DNA of 64,000 bases from Bigelowiella natans CCMP2755. Lineage: Eukaryota > Protista > Cercozoa. The translations under genes were made by a program, and so were the position numbers. Positions 27,189-38,878 of this stretch are shown in pieces; the first letter of the stretch is position 1; each line of letters opens with the position of its first letter. The DNA lies in contig ADNK01000910.1 in the NCBI GenBank assembly GCA_000320545.1, forward strand, positions 33,735 to 97,734, in the 5' to 3' direction. The notes beneath the pieces are model-generated. The model made no database searches and was not told where the DNA came from. It saw nothing but the letters and a program-made list of their open reading frames with translations.

Positions 27189-30028
27189 ATGAAGAAGAAG
27201 ATTCGTCGACTCCCGACGAAAAAGAAGAAAACTGAGGTGCAGAATACCTCTTCAGCACATGTCACCCAACCCATGCCCCATGCAAATACAAACCCAAAAC
27301 CACCATCACGGCTAAAGTCAAAGAAAACATGGATGCGTGAGACTGCAACTAACAAAGATGAGGAGAAATTGGTCGACGACGTATCTTCAGCGAGCACAAA
27401 AGATAATGCCCAAAATAACAATTCACGAGCATTTGTTGGACTGAACAAAACGAAGAAGCCATGGAATACTGGAAATCGTCTTGCAGTTTCACATATACCC
27501 AATGCAGATAAAAAAAGAGACTTAGTCCATTATAATGGCGCAAGTGAGGAAAGACAGACGAGCATTCGAGCACAGCGAAAGCCAAGAGTACCGCCAACTC
27601 GCAGACCAACCTCCTCCTCCAAATTACCAGAGCTTGAAAATGAGAGTAGCTTCCAAAGATCTGATTATGCTGCAGAAGAGATGAAAGAAGAATATGAGGA
27701 TATGGTTTTCATGCCGAGAATGGAACCGGGAGACATTCTATCAAATATCAAAAAACGGTATTTCGTTGAATAAGTTAAACATCAACCATCTATATATGCC
27801 TCGATTTTACTAGGTTTATGAGGAAGAAGATCTACACAAACGTAGCAGATATTTTACTCGGTAGAACCTTTCGATATTGGTCTATTATCATATTTAACTT
27901 GTCCCACTCGCGTCACTTTAGCTATAAATCCAAACGAAGACCTGGGGCTTTACACCAAAAACTTCTACTCAGTATTGCGTTGATTTTGTTGTGTTCGTAC
28001 TTAAAACTAAAATAAAATATACAGACTTACCACTATGCAAGTAGTCAAAGAAATGAGCCGCACATTTTTCAAGGTGCTATTTTTGTGAAGTCTCATAAAA
28101 AATGTAAGGCTTTTAATGTATTTCTTATTAGTGGCTTGTCGAGCGTACCGTAGGATTCGCAGTGATTCAAATAGATCCCAAGTAATAAAACCTATCCTTC
28201 AGTCATATCTTTGAGGATAAAAATACAAAAAAATCATTCTGTAGAGTATCTTAGTCTGTGGTGAATCTGGAGCTGGAAAAACAGAAGCTACAAAACAGCT
28301 AATTCGATACTTTGCCGAGATGAGTGGAGAGGTACAAAAGAGCTGGAACCACTCGTCAAAGCACTCACAAAAAAGCATAAGCTTGGAGATGAAATTTGTC
28401 AAAGGTGAAATTTTCAAGTAAACTAACCGAGACATTGATCCTAAATTCTTTGATAGCAAATCCATTGCTGGAGGCCTTTGGGAATGCAAAGACTCTTAGG
28501 TAGATACATGAAATTTGACATAAGAGTAATGCCAAAAATTAAAAATAAGTGAATAAATTATCAGGAACAACAATAGCAGCCGTTTCGGTAAATTAATAAA
28601 TATTAATTTCTCTTCGAACGGTGCAATTACGTACGGATCCATCGAAAAGTACCGTGTTTTTCAATTAGCAATGATTACATCATTTTTCTTTTTTTCAAGA
28701 AACCTAAAATATATGAAGGTACTTGTTGGAGGAATCTAGAGTAGTTGCCCAGGATGAGGTTCTAATTGATGCTTTTCAATAATTCATCGTTATTCAATTA
28801 TTTATCTGAAGAACAATCTTCTATATTTTTGTGATCTAGGGTGAACGGAACTTCAATATATTTTACCAACTATGCGAGCATCTGAAGCAATCTGGAGACA
28901 AGGTTGAGGCCACTGATCTTGTCGTGAGGACATTAGAAGTAATTGTAAAATTTATTCAGGACGCAAAGCATTTAGATCCAAGCTGTGTAACTTATCTAAA
29001 CATGACGGGTTGTCTAGAAGCAGGCTGGGATGAGCATGCGAAGTGAGTGCAATTTTATGAATAGAGATATATCAATTTTATGATGAGTTGGAAAGGTTTA
29101 TTGAAACTGTGGCAGCAATGAAGCAACTTGGGATCAAGGAGGTATTGAAATGCAGTGCAAGAAGATTTCAAATGACGTTTACATATACAGGTGGAAAAAA
29201 AATCTATATTCAACCTTCTTAAAGGGGTAGGTATCTATCTGTTCAATCGATCGCATGAATAACAATATCCGATTTGCAGATTTTATCTCTGGGAAATATA
29301 AGATTTGATCGCGGTCCTATGAAGAATGGAAAGGAAACCAGTGAGGTCACATGGAAAGCGGCATTGTGTAGAAAGAATCTCAAAAATTCTATTTAAAGGT
29401 CTCCGAAAGCTCAACATTAACTGCATCTCGTTGCGCTGCTCTGCTTGGACTTCAAGAATCAGCATTTATGAAAATGTTAACAGTTCAGGACATGTAAGAA
29501 GATCAACTATTTTGAATGGGTTATGATTCAACACTTTACACACAGGGCAATACTGACTGGGTCCGTTTATGCGCTTCCGCGATCTCCAAAAGAAGCATCA
29601 TATACGTGCAATTCCCTAGCAAAAGGTACCTAAGAGTTTCTATAATTTTTATATCAGGATTTATTTATATCTAGGGCTTTATGGAAAATTATTCACCTGG
29701 ATTGTAACTCGAATAAATGAGGTATAGTTAAAGGATTGATCATAATTAGTCATAGAATCTTGCATTCTGATGATTATTTCTTTATCTAGGCGCTTAATCA
29801 AGAAAACAAGGGAACAAAGAGCAGGAAAGTTATCGGGATACTGGACATATTCGGTTTTGAGGTTAGTGAGATTTCCAAAACGCTTAACAATTTAGTTTCA
29901 CAACATTAATGCATGAAAAGCATATTTATTCTTCATATATGATACATACATAATGCATATGTATGATTACAAATACAAATGTATGCGGAAATATGGGTAT
30001 CCACGTTAAATCTAGGATTATCTGTGGC

Positions 30029-30059
<31 letters not shown>

Positions 30060-33000
30060 CGTGCTTACGATATGGGCAAACAAATTACTGATGGATACCC
30101 TAGCCGACTATTATCTAACAAAGTGATTTGTGTTTTACAGGCGAATGCACATAACAGCTTTGAACAACTTTGTATAAATTTTGCAAATGAAAAATTACAA
30201 AAGTACACTCGAAAGTCTGGCTAGATATATTAAAACCCTCACTTCTTGTTATTTGATAGACACTTCTTAAAATCTGTGTTCGAGATAGAGGTCAATCTAT
30301 ATAAGTCGGAGGTACCATAGTTCATTGACTGCTTAGAATATTTCATAAATATGCCGTTATAAAAAGGGGATAGATGTTCGTAACATTACGTACCCAAACA
30401 ATGCGTCCACAGTCACGTTATTAGAGGTATTGGTCAAAGCTAGATTTGGGTCAATGTTATAACTACTTGAGATTTCTCTTGGATAACTTTATCGAAAACT
30501 ATAGAGAATCTTCTCCTCGCTTCGAGAGGAATTCAAAATTAAAACAGGGTATCTAGAAATCAACCTACACCAAAAACAAGACCAATAGCAACACAAATTC
30601 CATATTTATTTCTCAATGATAATAATGGCAAGAACTGGTGATTTTATCACAGATCTGATAGTTCATGGGTCCAGAAGCTGCATACATCAAATACAAGCCA
30701 CTCGCAGTAACTGAATCCCTTTTTCGTTTTGAAAGATCTCGCTTGTGTTAAAATATTGGATGATGTAAGGTTCAAGGCTCCGAAACGCCATGGAGATCCC
30801 AATTTCACGATAAAGGTATTGAATCTAACAGAACAAAATACATGAGTAAAGGAATACTAAATCCCACTTACATTTCCTAGCATTATGCAAGAGACGTGAA
30901 CTATAGAACAGAAGGTTGGTACAATGTCAAAAGTAATGAAATGCGACATTGGCTCACTGACACTCTTACAGGTTTTCTTGAGAAGAATAGGGTCAAGTTG
31001 ACAAGCGATATAGATATGCTTATGGCATCTTCAAGTAATTGTAACAATGTATCATCAAATTCGAGGGTGTTAATTGAAACTCATGGTTAGGTAATTTTTT
31101 GGCGAGATCTTTATTTGATTCTAGGAAGGGGCATACGCTAGGACTACATCGGTCATCGCCATCAAAACAAATGTCGATTAAAGATGCTGGGGTTTGTCTT
31201 GCTGCTCATTTCCAGTCTTCACTTTCAGAACTTATCACAGCGATGGAGGTAATGGTTTCAGTACCAATAAGATTCGTTTTAAAGTGTTTGTATTTTGACC
31301 CAAGGCAACAGAGTCACAATTTGTAAGGTGCATGAAGCCAAATAATGATAAGGTGAAACCTAGCAAATATTAGAGATCCGTGATTCTTCGTTTGTGTTAT
31401 CTTGTATCTTGGGAAATGTAAACATTTAGGTTAATGGCGAATTCGACACAAATTTAGTTCTTCGTCAGCTCCAGACAAGCGGTAACCTAATATGCGCTAT
31501 GAAAGTAATTTTATATTTGAGATTGGTTTTATCTTCAATAGGAGTAATAGACGCAATAAATGCTCGTCGTCATGGATACGCCATAAGATTTACGCATCCT
31601 GATTTTTTCCGAAGATATGCTAACCTGATGGAAGAGGGTGATCCCGTAGGACCAAGCTCCAAATTCACCAGGAAACTGATGGAAAGAGCTGGCAAATCGA
31701 AAGCAAATGGTGTAACTGATTGGCAAATAGGAAAGACTAGGGTTTTCATAAAGCCATGGATTTTGGAGCCCCTAGATCGTGCGATAGAAACCAAGTATGA
31801 GGAGGCTGCTCTTACAATTCAGTCAGTGGTGCAATGCATATTTTCTTGGAAGAAACTCAAGATCGAATTGAAACATAAGAAAGAGCGAAGAGATAGGGAA
31901 GAGCAAGAAATACGGAGACAAAAAATGCTGAAAGCAAAGAAAGATCAAGAAGAGAAGGAAAGATTGAAAGAGGAGCAACAACGGATCAAAAGGGAAAAGC
32001 AAATGATTAAAAATAAGTTTCAGAAAACATCCCCGGTAAAAGTAAAAGTTGAAAACGTTCACTCGCCAACATCGTCAAAAGATGAAGAAGTGGTACTTAA
32101 TTAAAATTCGAAAATAAGAGCGAGTGCTAAATTTGAATCATCAACACATCAGACTCGGAACTTCTTCCCAAGTAAAAATAACGACCTGAATCCTTTGATA
32201 AAAGCTTTGATGCTTCGGATAAATGTATTACACTCTTTGATAAACGATCGATTATTAGAGCTGTGTACGAGCTCAAATAAATTCATTCACACAATATATT
32301 TATGCAAATAGGAATTGAACGATTCTCAAATATTATCGCTGTTAACGTATAGTTACGAGGTGATAATAATGTCACGTATTACGGTCAGCACAAAGTCTGA
32401 ATTTTCCCTCTAATAGAACGAGGACACGGCCATTTCTCCAGAAGCAATGATAAAAAAAATTTCCTCGGTTCAACAGCGACAAAGTTGTTGTGCAAACATT
32501 CAGGTGTGATACAAGAGTTAAAAAATACATCTGAAATCTCAAGCATTTATCAATTCTTCAGGCAACTTTGAATGATGCTCTAACGGAGCTCAAATTCAAT
32601 ACACAGTCAAAATCTACTGTGGTGTCGATGCCATCTAATTCTCCTACTAATGGAAAACAATCACCACCCTCTCCTCCTTCTGTCTCGCGGTCTGGACGTG
32701 CAGATCTTGAAAGTTGGAATCCAGCGGTGGAACAAAGTGTGTCTGGTATACAACCAGTAAAGATTCAGCCTATTAATGACGGGGTAAATATCATCCAGAT
32801 CACATGAGTCATAGTTTTTGTTTACAAAGTGTGTGAGCAATTTTTAGGTGGAACGATGTCACGCATGTGGTGCACAAAGATGGAATGGAGCGAATTTCTG
32901 CATACATTGTGGATCTGCGTTTGAGGACGGTAATGAAATAAAAGTTTTATATCATCCAACAGAAACTCCGAAACTAACCAATGGTTGCTACAGTCGCAGA

Positions 33001-34170
33001 AAGAATCTCATCGGATAATAGTCCTGAGCATCAGGAGAAATATGAGGTTTTAGCCTTAATATATAGAGACATTGAGACACATAATAGCTACACATACATG
33101 CGTTCAAATGTTTGATATTCAAACAATGAAGTCGGATCTGATTTGACAGACGATATTTAAGCATTTCGATAAAGATAAGGATAAATATTTGAACAATGAA
33201 GAACTCCTGCAATTTCTGGACGACTGTCAAAAGAATGACCCGTCAGGGAAGAAAAAGAGTACTTATAAGTTTTTCCGGTATTCTTGGTGCTCAGTAATGC
33301 CTTGTATCGAACACAGGATTTACGGAAGATGATTATGAAAAATTTTGCGATGCTGTTGAGGCCGATCCACGGTAAAGCTGTCCTTCATTATTATTCGAAC
33401 TCTGTGAATCATCTTTATCAACAGGAAAGGCCTAACAGTTTCTGGATTAAAGAGATTATATAAGATGTTAGACGGAGATGTCTCTGTAGACTTCGATGCT
33501 CTAAAATTACAGCCTGCGGGCGACCAGGGAACTTTATCTGTACCCAAAAAAGGACATCATATGGCTAAATCATCTGCAGGAATCATTATTGATGATTCTT
33601 CAGATACAGTTTTATTTTCCTTCGATACAAAGAATAGGCGAGGTCGACAATCCATTTCTAAAGCTGCTTCAGCATTGACAAGCTTCAGCACTGGAACAAA
33701 GAGAAATTTGAATGGAGAAACCGACCTTGTCCTTGTGAAAGAGTAAGCTGAACAACTTTACTTTCGTGTTGAGGAATAAATTACATGTTTATGTATTTGA
33801 TAGAGGGATGCTTGCAAAGCGTGGAGTACGAAATTTCGCATGGAAAAAAAGATTCTGCCGATTGTTTTTCTCCCCACAGCGTAAAGAAGCATTTCTGCAA
33901 TATTTTAAGAGCGAGGGTGCAGCAAGGGAAAAAAAGGATGCTGCTGGTACAGTCCCAATCATTAAAGATACTCAAATCGTTCTTGATCCAAGAAAGGAGC
34001 ACCATTTCCACATTGCACCTATTGGTGTACCTTCGGAGAGAGTGTCTAGATTATCAAGAAGTAACAAGGAAAAATATCGAATTTATATCTTCAAGGCTGA
34101 TACTCTTGAAAAAAGAAGAACTTGGGTCAATCAGCTCAGGGCTATGATTGATTCCTTTAAAGCTAGTTGA
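27189..34170 (+). CDS. Myosin heavy chain: N-terminal extension, motor, IQ, charged helix, zinc ribbon, EF-hand-like segment, C-terminal PH domain
   Basis: Many short GT-AG introns. Motor motifs IYT..[109 protein letters not shown]. Tail: IQSVVQ, E/K/R-rich helix, CHAC..FCIHCG (~32850-32930), DKDKDKYLNNEEL, and a PH domain (GMLAKRG..WKKRFC..YIFKADT..WVNQL). TGA at 34168-34170. Confidence 0.93.
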
Positions 34171-34816
34171 CTGATATGTTGTGCTGAAAACTTTATTGAA
34201 TCACAAGCTAGCAAGGTGTGCCGTATGGACAGTCAAATTACCCGAGAATACTTAGTTTGTTCGCAAAAATGCGCTGGTCCGTGTGTTTGTTTGTGCGAGT
34301 TAGCTTTAGAGCTAGTTAGGCGCACATGTCAATTTTGCAAAGATCCGATTCTGTGCAAGCACTACTAGACTAGCTAGTTAGAGCACGGCAACATCACTCA
34401 TGCTTTCTGCAAGCTTCAATAAATGTGCACATTACCATCGTTCATGTGTGTTGCATTCAAGCATAGCACATGTCATGCTGCTTGTTGTCATGAGGTGACA
34501 TCGAAAACTGGCGCGCTCGCTCATGCTAGCATGTACACACCTGACAAATGTCAAATCTTTCATCATGAAGCCTCTAGATTTCACCATTCTGCATGGTCTA
34601 GACTAGTAGATGCTACATTCATACTTCGGAATTGTATTGGACGCACGAAACGTCCACAGCTAGACAGCTACTAGAGCTAGACAGCCCAGGAAGTTCATGT
34701 GTCCTAGCTGGACACTGATAAATCTATGCATTCTCTTGAAAACGAACCAATATGACTTGCTCAATTGGTTAGCAGGTTGCCTGGTCGGGCTAGCTCCATA
34801 ATAACACCGACATTTC

Positions 34817-37454
34817 TTAAAATTTCAAAATAGGGCCAAGATCGTCATTCACATCAAACCGCGCTAAATGTCGTGGTGGGGAGCTAATCGACGGTGACGG
34901 GGATCTGTCTCCTTCATGGCCACTGCTACCATCTGTAACGACAGCATCTCGCATCATCGCTGGGACCAGATAGCTTTCCTAAAGTGAACAGAGTATGCTA
35001 TGCTCTCAGTACACGCTATAATACGAGAAGATCTAGTCTCACCCATGCATCCGCAAACTCTTGAGTTTGGAAAATATGGCCATCTGTCGGTCGCAGCACA
35101 AGCTGTAGCGTCCTGTTTAAGGTGGTTAGCCACGGAAGGGAGAAAGGAAAAAAGTTAAATATCATTACAGTGTCTCCCCCTAAATATGTACATTTTGTTT
35201 ATCTTTTCGTACTTAACAGCGCCCCCGTCCTGCGGTAAATCAATCCGAAGACCGCATGCATGTAAGTAGGTGCGATCTGAAGCGGCCGCTCTTTCGCTAT
35301 CCCCATATCTGCCGCATTGAAAACGATTTCATTATTTCGGGTTACTGATAATAAGCAGCGCTCACTCGTTAAGAAAGGTTTTAAGTTCAGAACTATTGAC
35401 AGACAAGGAATCGCCAAGACATGGAGCCCCAACGCTTTTCAAAGCAACCTACGAATACAACCATTTTATCGTGACCCTAGACTTTGGAAGAAACACTCTT
35501 TGGAACGGCAGTACGGTAGAATGCGTATAGTCGCAACGATACCCTGATTTGGTGGGTACGGCCTGTCTCAGGTTTGACCAAGAACGCCCTTAGATCCTGA
35601 ATAATCGACAGTTTTAACGCATCGCTTGTTTCGATGGGATCTTCCATCAGCAATTCTGTTACAACAATAGCTTTTGAGTGTGTGCCTCTACGTGGTGTGC
35701 GTGTTTGTATTTGCTTGTGTAAGCAGCAGCATATCAGGGACTGTGCTGGTTAATTCTACCTTGTTGATCTTGGTTGATATGAACTTCGTGACCGCAGGGC
35801 GCACTTTGGAACGAAGTAGCATCCATGCAGACCTGGATGGTTAATCACCGCAATATGTCGAGCTAGTGTGTCATCTCATTGTCCAATTGCCTTTCTTATC
35901 GCTCCCATCCCCATCATACAACTGCTACATATCCAGGCAGAGCTACCAGACCAAATAATGCTCATCACCTGCGAGAGCGCTTCATGTCTCCTGAAACCGT
36001 GCCTAATCACAAGAATGGTATACTTACGGGCACATTTTTGTGTGCTATTTGTTGATTAGGATGCTTTCCTACCCATTGTCTTCTTCGGCCATCGATCTGA
36101 AATTGCAACATAGTACTTCTGTACCTGCCACCGTTAATAACACGTGCGCCATCATGGTTTCCGTAGCGGCACAATCCGACTTTCTAGCGTATTTTTTGGC
36201 TCCTCTCTCTCTTTCCCGAACATGCACGGATGATGATGAAGGAGATTACCTTGTGATTTTCAAAGGCCTTGCCAAGGGCAGCCGTTGACTCTGCAGTTGT
36301 TCCTACCTATAGCAGTGTTTAGGAGTATTAAGAATAGCGCGGAATCTCTACATGGGGAGGAAGTAGGAGGAATGCTTTCATCATTAAACGTTCTGTCCTC
36401 ACCAGGAGCAAACCCGACGTCACCCGATCTAATCTGTGAATAGGATACAGCTTGCCCTGATCACCATTCGAAATTGTCAAACATTATTCATCTGTTAGAT
36501 GTGTCGAAGCATGTCCCGAAAAGTCAACGAGCGTAGTAGCTATTCGTTGCGGAGAGCAAGAAATCAAGACCTGGTGGCGGATGAGCCCTTCCTCCTGCAG
36601 CCTGCGAGTGTTTTGAGGTTTTTATGCTTATTAATACACTTTAGTCTCAACTACATTCCTGCATGCGTACCGATGAAGGTGCTGCATCATTCCGTCTTCG
36701 TACGACGTCGGTCTCTGCCCACTTTCTTCCTCCTCCTCTGCTTCCTCCCCCTCCAGGCCAGATCTTTGGAATGTCTCTTCCATATTCGCGATCAGCTCCT
36801 CGCCATCGTCTTCCTCCCCGTCCGATATAGTGTTATCGTCCTCAGAAGAGAGATCGCTGTCGGTATTTGTATGCATGCGAACGCGGTGGAAAGGGATTCC
36901 AGAGGGTTTGGAGACCACCAGCAAACCAGGAAATTCTGCCAGGATTCGGATCCTAAAATTGATCATGGCACACGAGTAACATGACTAGATCGCAACCTCA
37001 TGCGATATGTAACCATCATCCATATTTTAGCGAACTGTCTATCTTATTTTGTTGTATCTGTCAGTGTTGGCAACCGCAAACGCGACTCTGCTGCTAGCTG
37101 AAAGAACAATTAACAATCCATCGGGTTTAATAACGATATCCCTCGTTACCCGGTCTTTTTGTCCAGGGACTCGTGTGTCGAAGAAATAATTCCAGATTGA
37201 ACAAAGAGCCGTGATTCTGGGCGCTCACGGGCAGTCGATGGGGAATCTCGCCGTCTCCATAGGGTACTCAAGCTGAAGCGGCTGAGAGTGCGTCTCCTTC
37301 GTGTCGGCAGGGATCTGCAGCAGCTGCTGTGGCATCCGAGAGCCTGTGCTGACGAAGGTGCCACTGAGAATGCCCTTGTGTGCAACGGCAAGCGTAGGGG
37401 TGGCTGGCTTAGCACGGATCCGGCAATGATTAGAAGCAATGTCAGAGCGGCCAT
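34817..37454 (-). CDS. RluA-family RNA pseudouridine synthase with a bipartite (signal + transit-like) N-terminal leader
   Basis: ILAEFPGLLVVSKPSGIPFH (motif I) and LYPIHRLDRVTSGLLL (catalytic HRLD). N-terminus MAALTLLLIIAGSVLS is followed by a Ser/Arg-rich stretch. Acidic insertion after motif I. Confidence 0.85.
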
Positions 37455-38408
37455 TGAGTATTGAGCGTCCGATCGGCAGCAGGCATTCCCGGTAGTAACA
37501 ATATGCACCAATTCATTGTGGAACGGGCGGCGTTTTCCACATGTCGCACCCTCTCCATCTCATGTCGCAAGGCAGAAATGCCAATCGCAAGGACTCAAAA
37601 CTCAACACTAACTAAACGCAACCCCGGGACAACTCGCTTTTGCCTAGTTGCGCTTCATTGTCACTCGTTCATTCACACAAGCAGTGAGATGAAAAGAGCG
37701 CAGCACCAACTGTGAGGAGGGAGGCACAAGCAAAACAAAGAAAGCAAGCCTGTACGTACTCATGGCCGCACAGGCCATTGTCATTGCTAGGCTGGCTAGC
37801 TTGGGAGTCAAAGTTTCCACGTCTGCTAGACATCTAGACATGCACCGTTTCATTTCGTGCTTCCGTGCATCGATTTTGCGAGCAACAAGTTGCTTGCCGG
37901 TTCTCATTTGGGATTCCACTGTCGACAATGCAACCCCTCGTTTTTCTCTCTGAGATGGTTCTCTCGTTCTCTCCGCAAAGCTAGCAAGTGATCATGGATC
38001 GATGCATCGTCGCCGTACCATCACTGTTGCATGTGCAGTTTGTGTAAGCTCGCAGTGGATGCTCGATGATGGACACTACGTGACACGTGTCCATCTTCTC
38101 GATTTTATATTGTGTATTGCATGTCTATCATTTTGACGCGACCACTCTATAGCACTTCTAGATTCACCATGGGCCTTCGCATCGCTAGTCTTGTCCATGC
38201 TGCATGTGCGACCACACGCGTGCGATTAAACATGGAGACATGCATGCCATCTTTGTTGGCAGATGTTGATCCATTTTTAGAGGGATGTCTGAGTTAGCTA
38301 AAGTAGCTTTCCAATATGTACATCATATTTACTTCCATATCTCTTATGCTGCTGCATAGATTTCAGATGACGTTCCAGATGACGTTCCAAACGACATTCA
38401 AAATATGT

Positions 38409-38840
38409 TTAATCATCATGCAGCCAAACAAATGTGAGCACGACCACCGTTACGTTGTCCATCGTGCCCTTTGCAAGAGACCGTTTCACCACTTCTGCCG
38501 CAGCTATGGAGGATCTGTCACAGATTAGGTATATAAGTTCTATAGTTCATTTGATATATACCAGAATATGGTAGAAATTGTCGCACCTCTTCCTCAGTTC
38601 AACGAATGCTGGGGCAGAGTGCGCTGACTCGAGGGGCTTGAGGTTCTCTCGCACAATATCTGCAGCCTATAAGTTCAACACGATTCATTATGTTAGTGCC
38701 ATGCACTGATTTAGCTGCGAACGAACATAATCGAAAAACCTCGTCATCTGACAGCACGTCCCAAACTCCATCCGAAGCCAAGATCAAAAATCTATCACCC
38801 TCTCGAAGCTAAGTTCGAATCAAATAATAACCACCATTGT

Positions 38841-38878
<38 letters not shown>

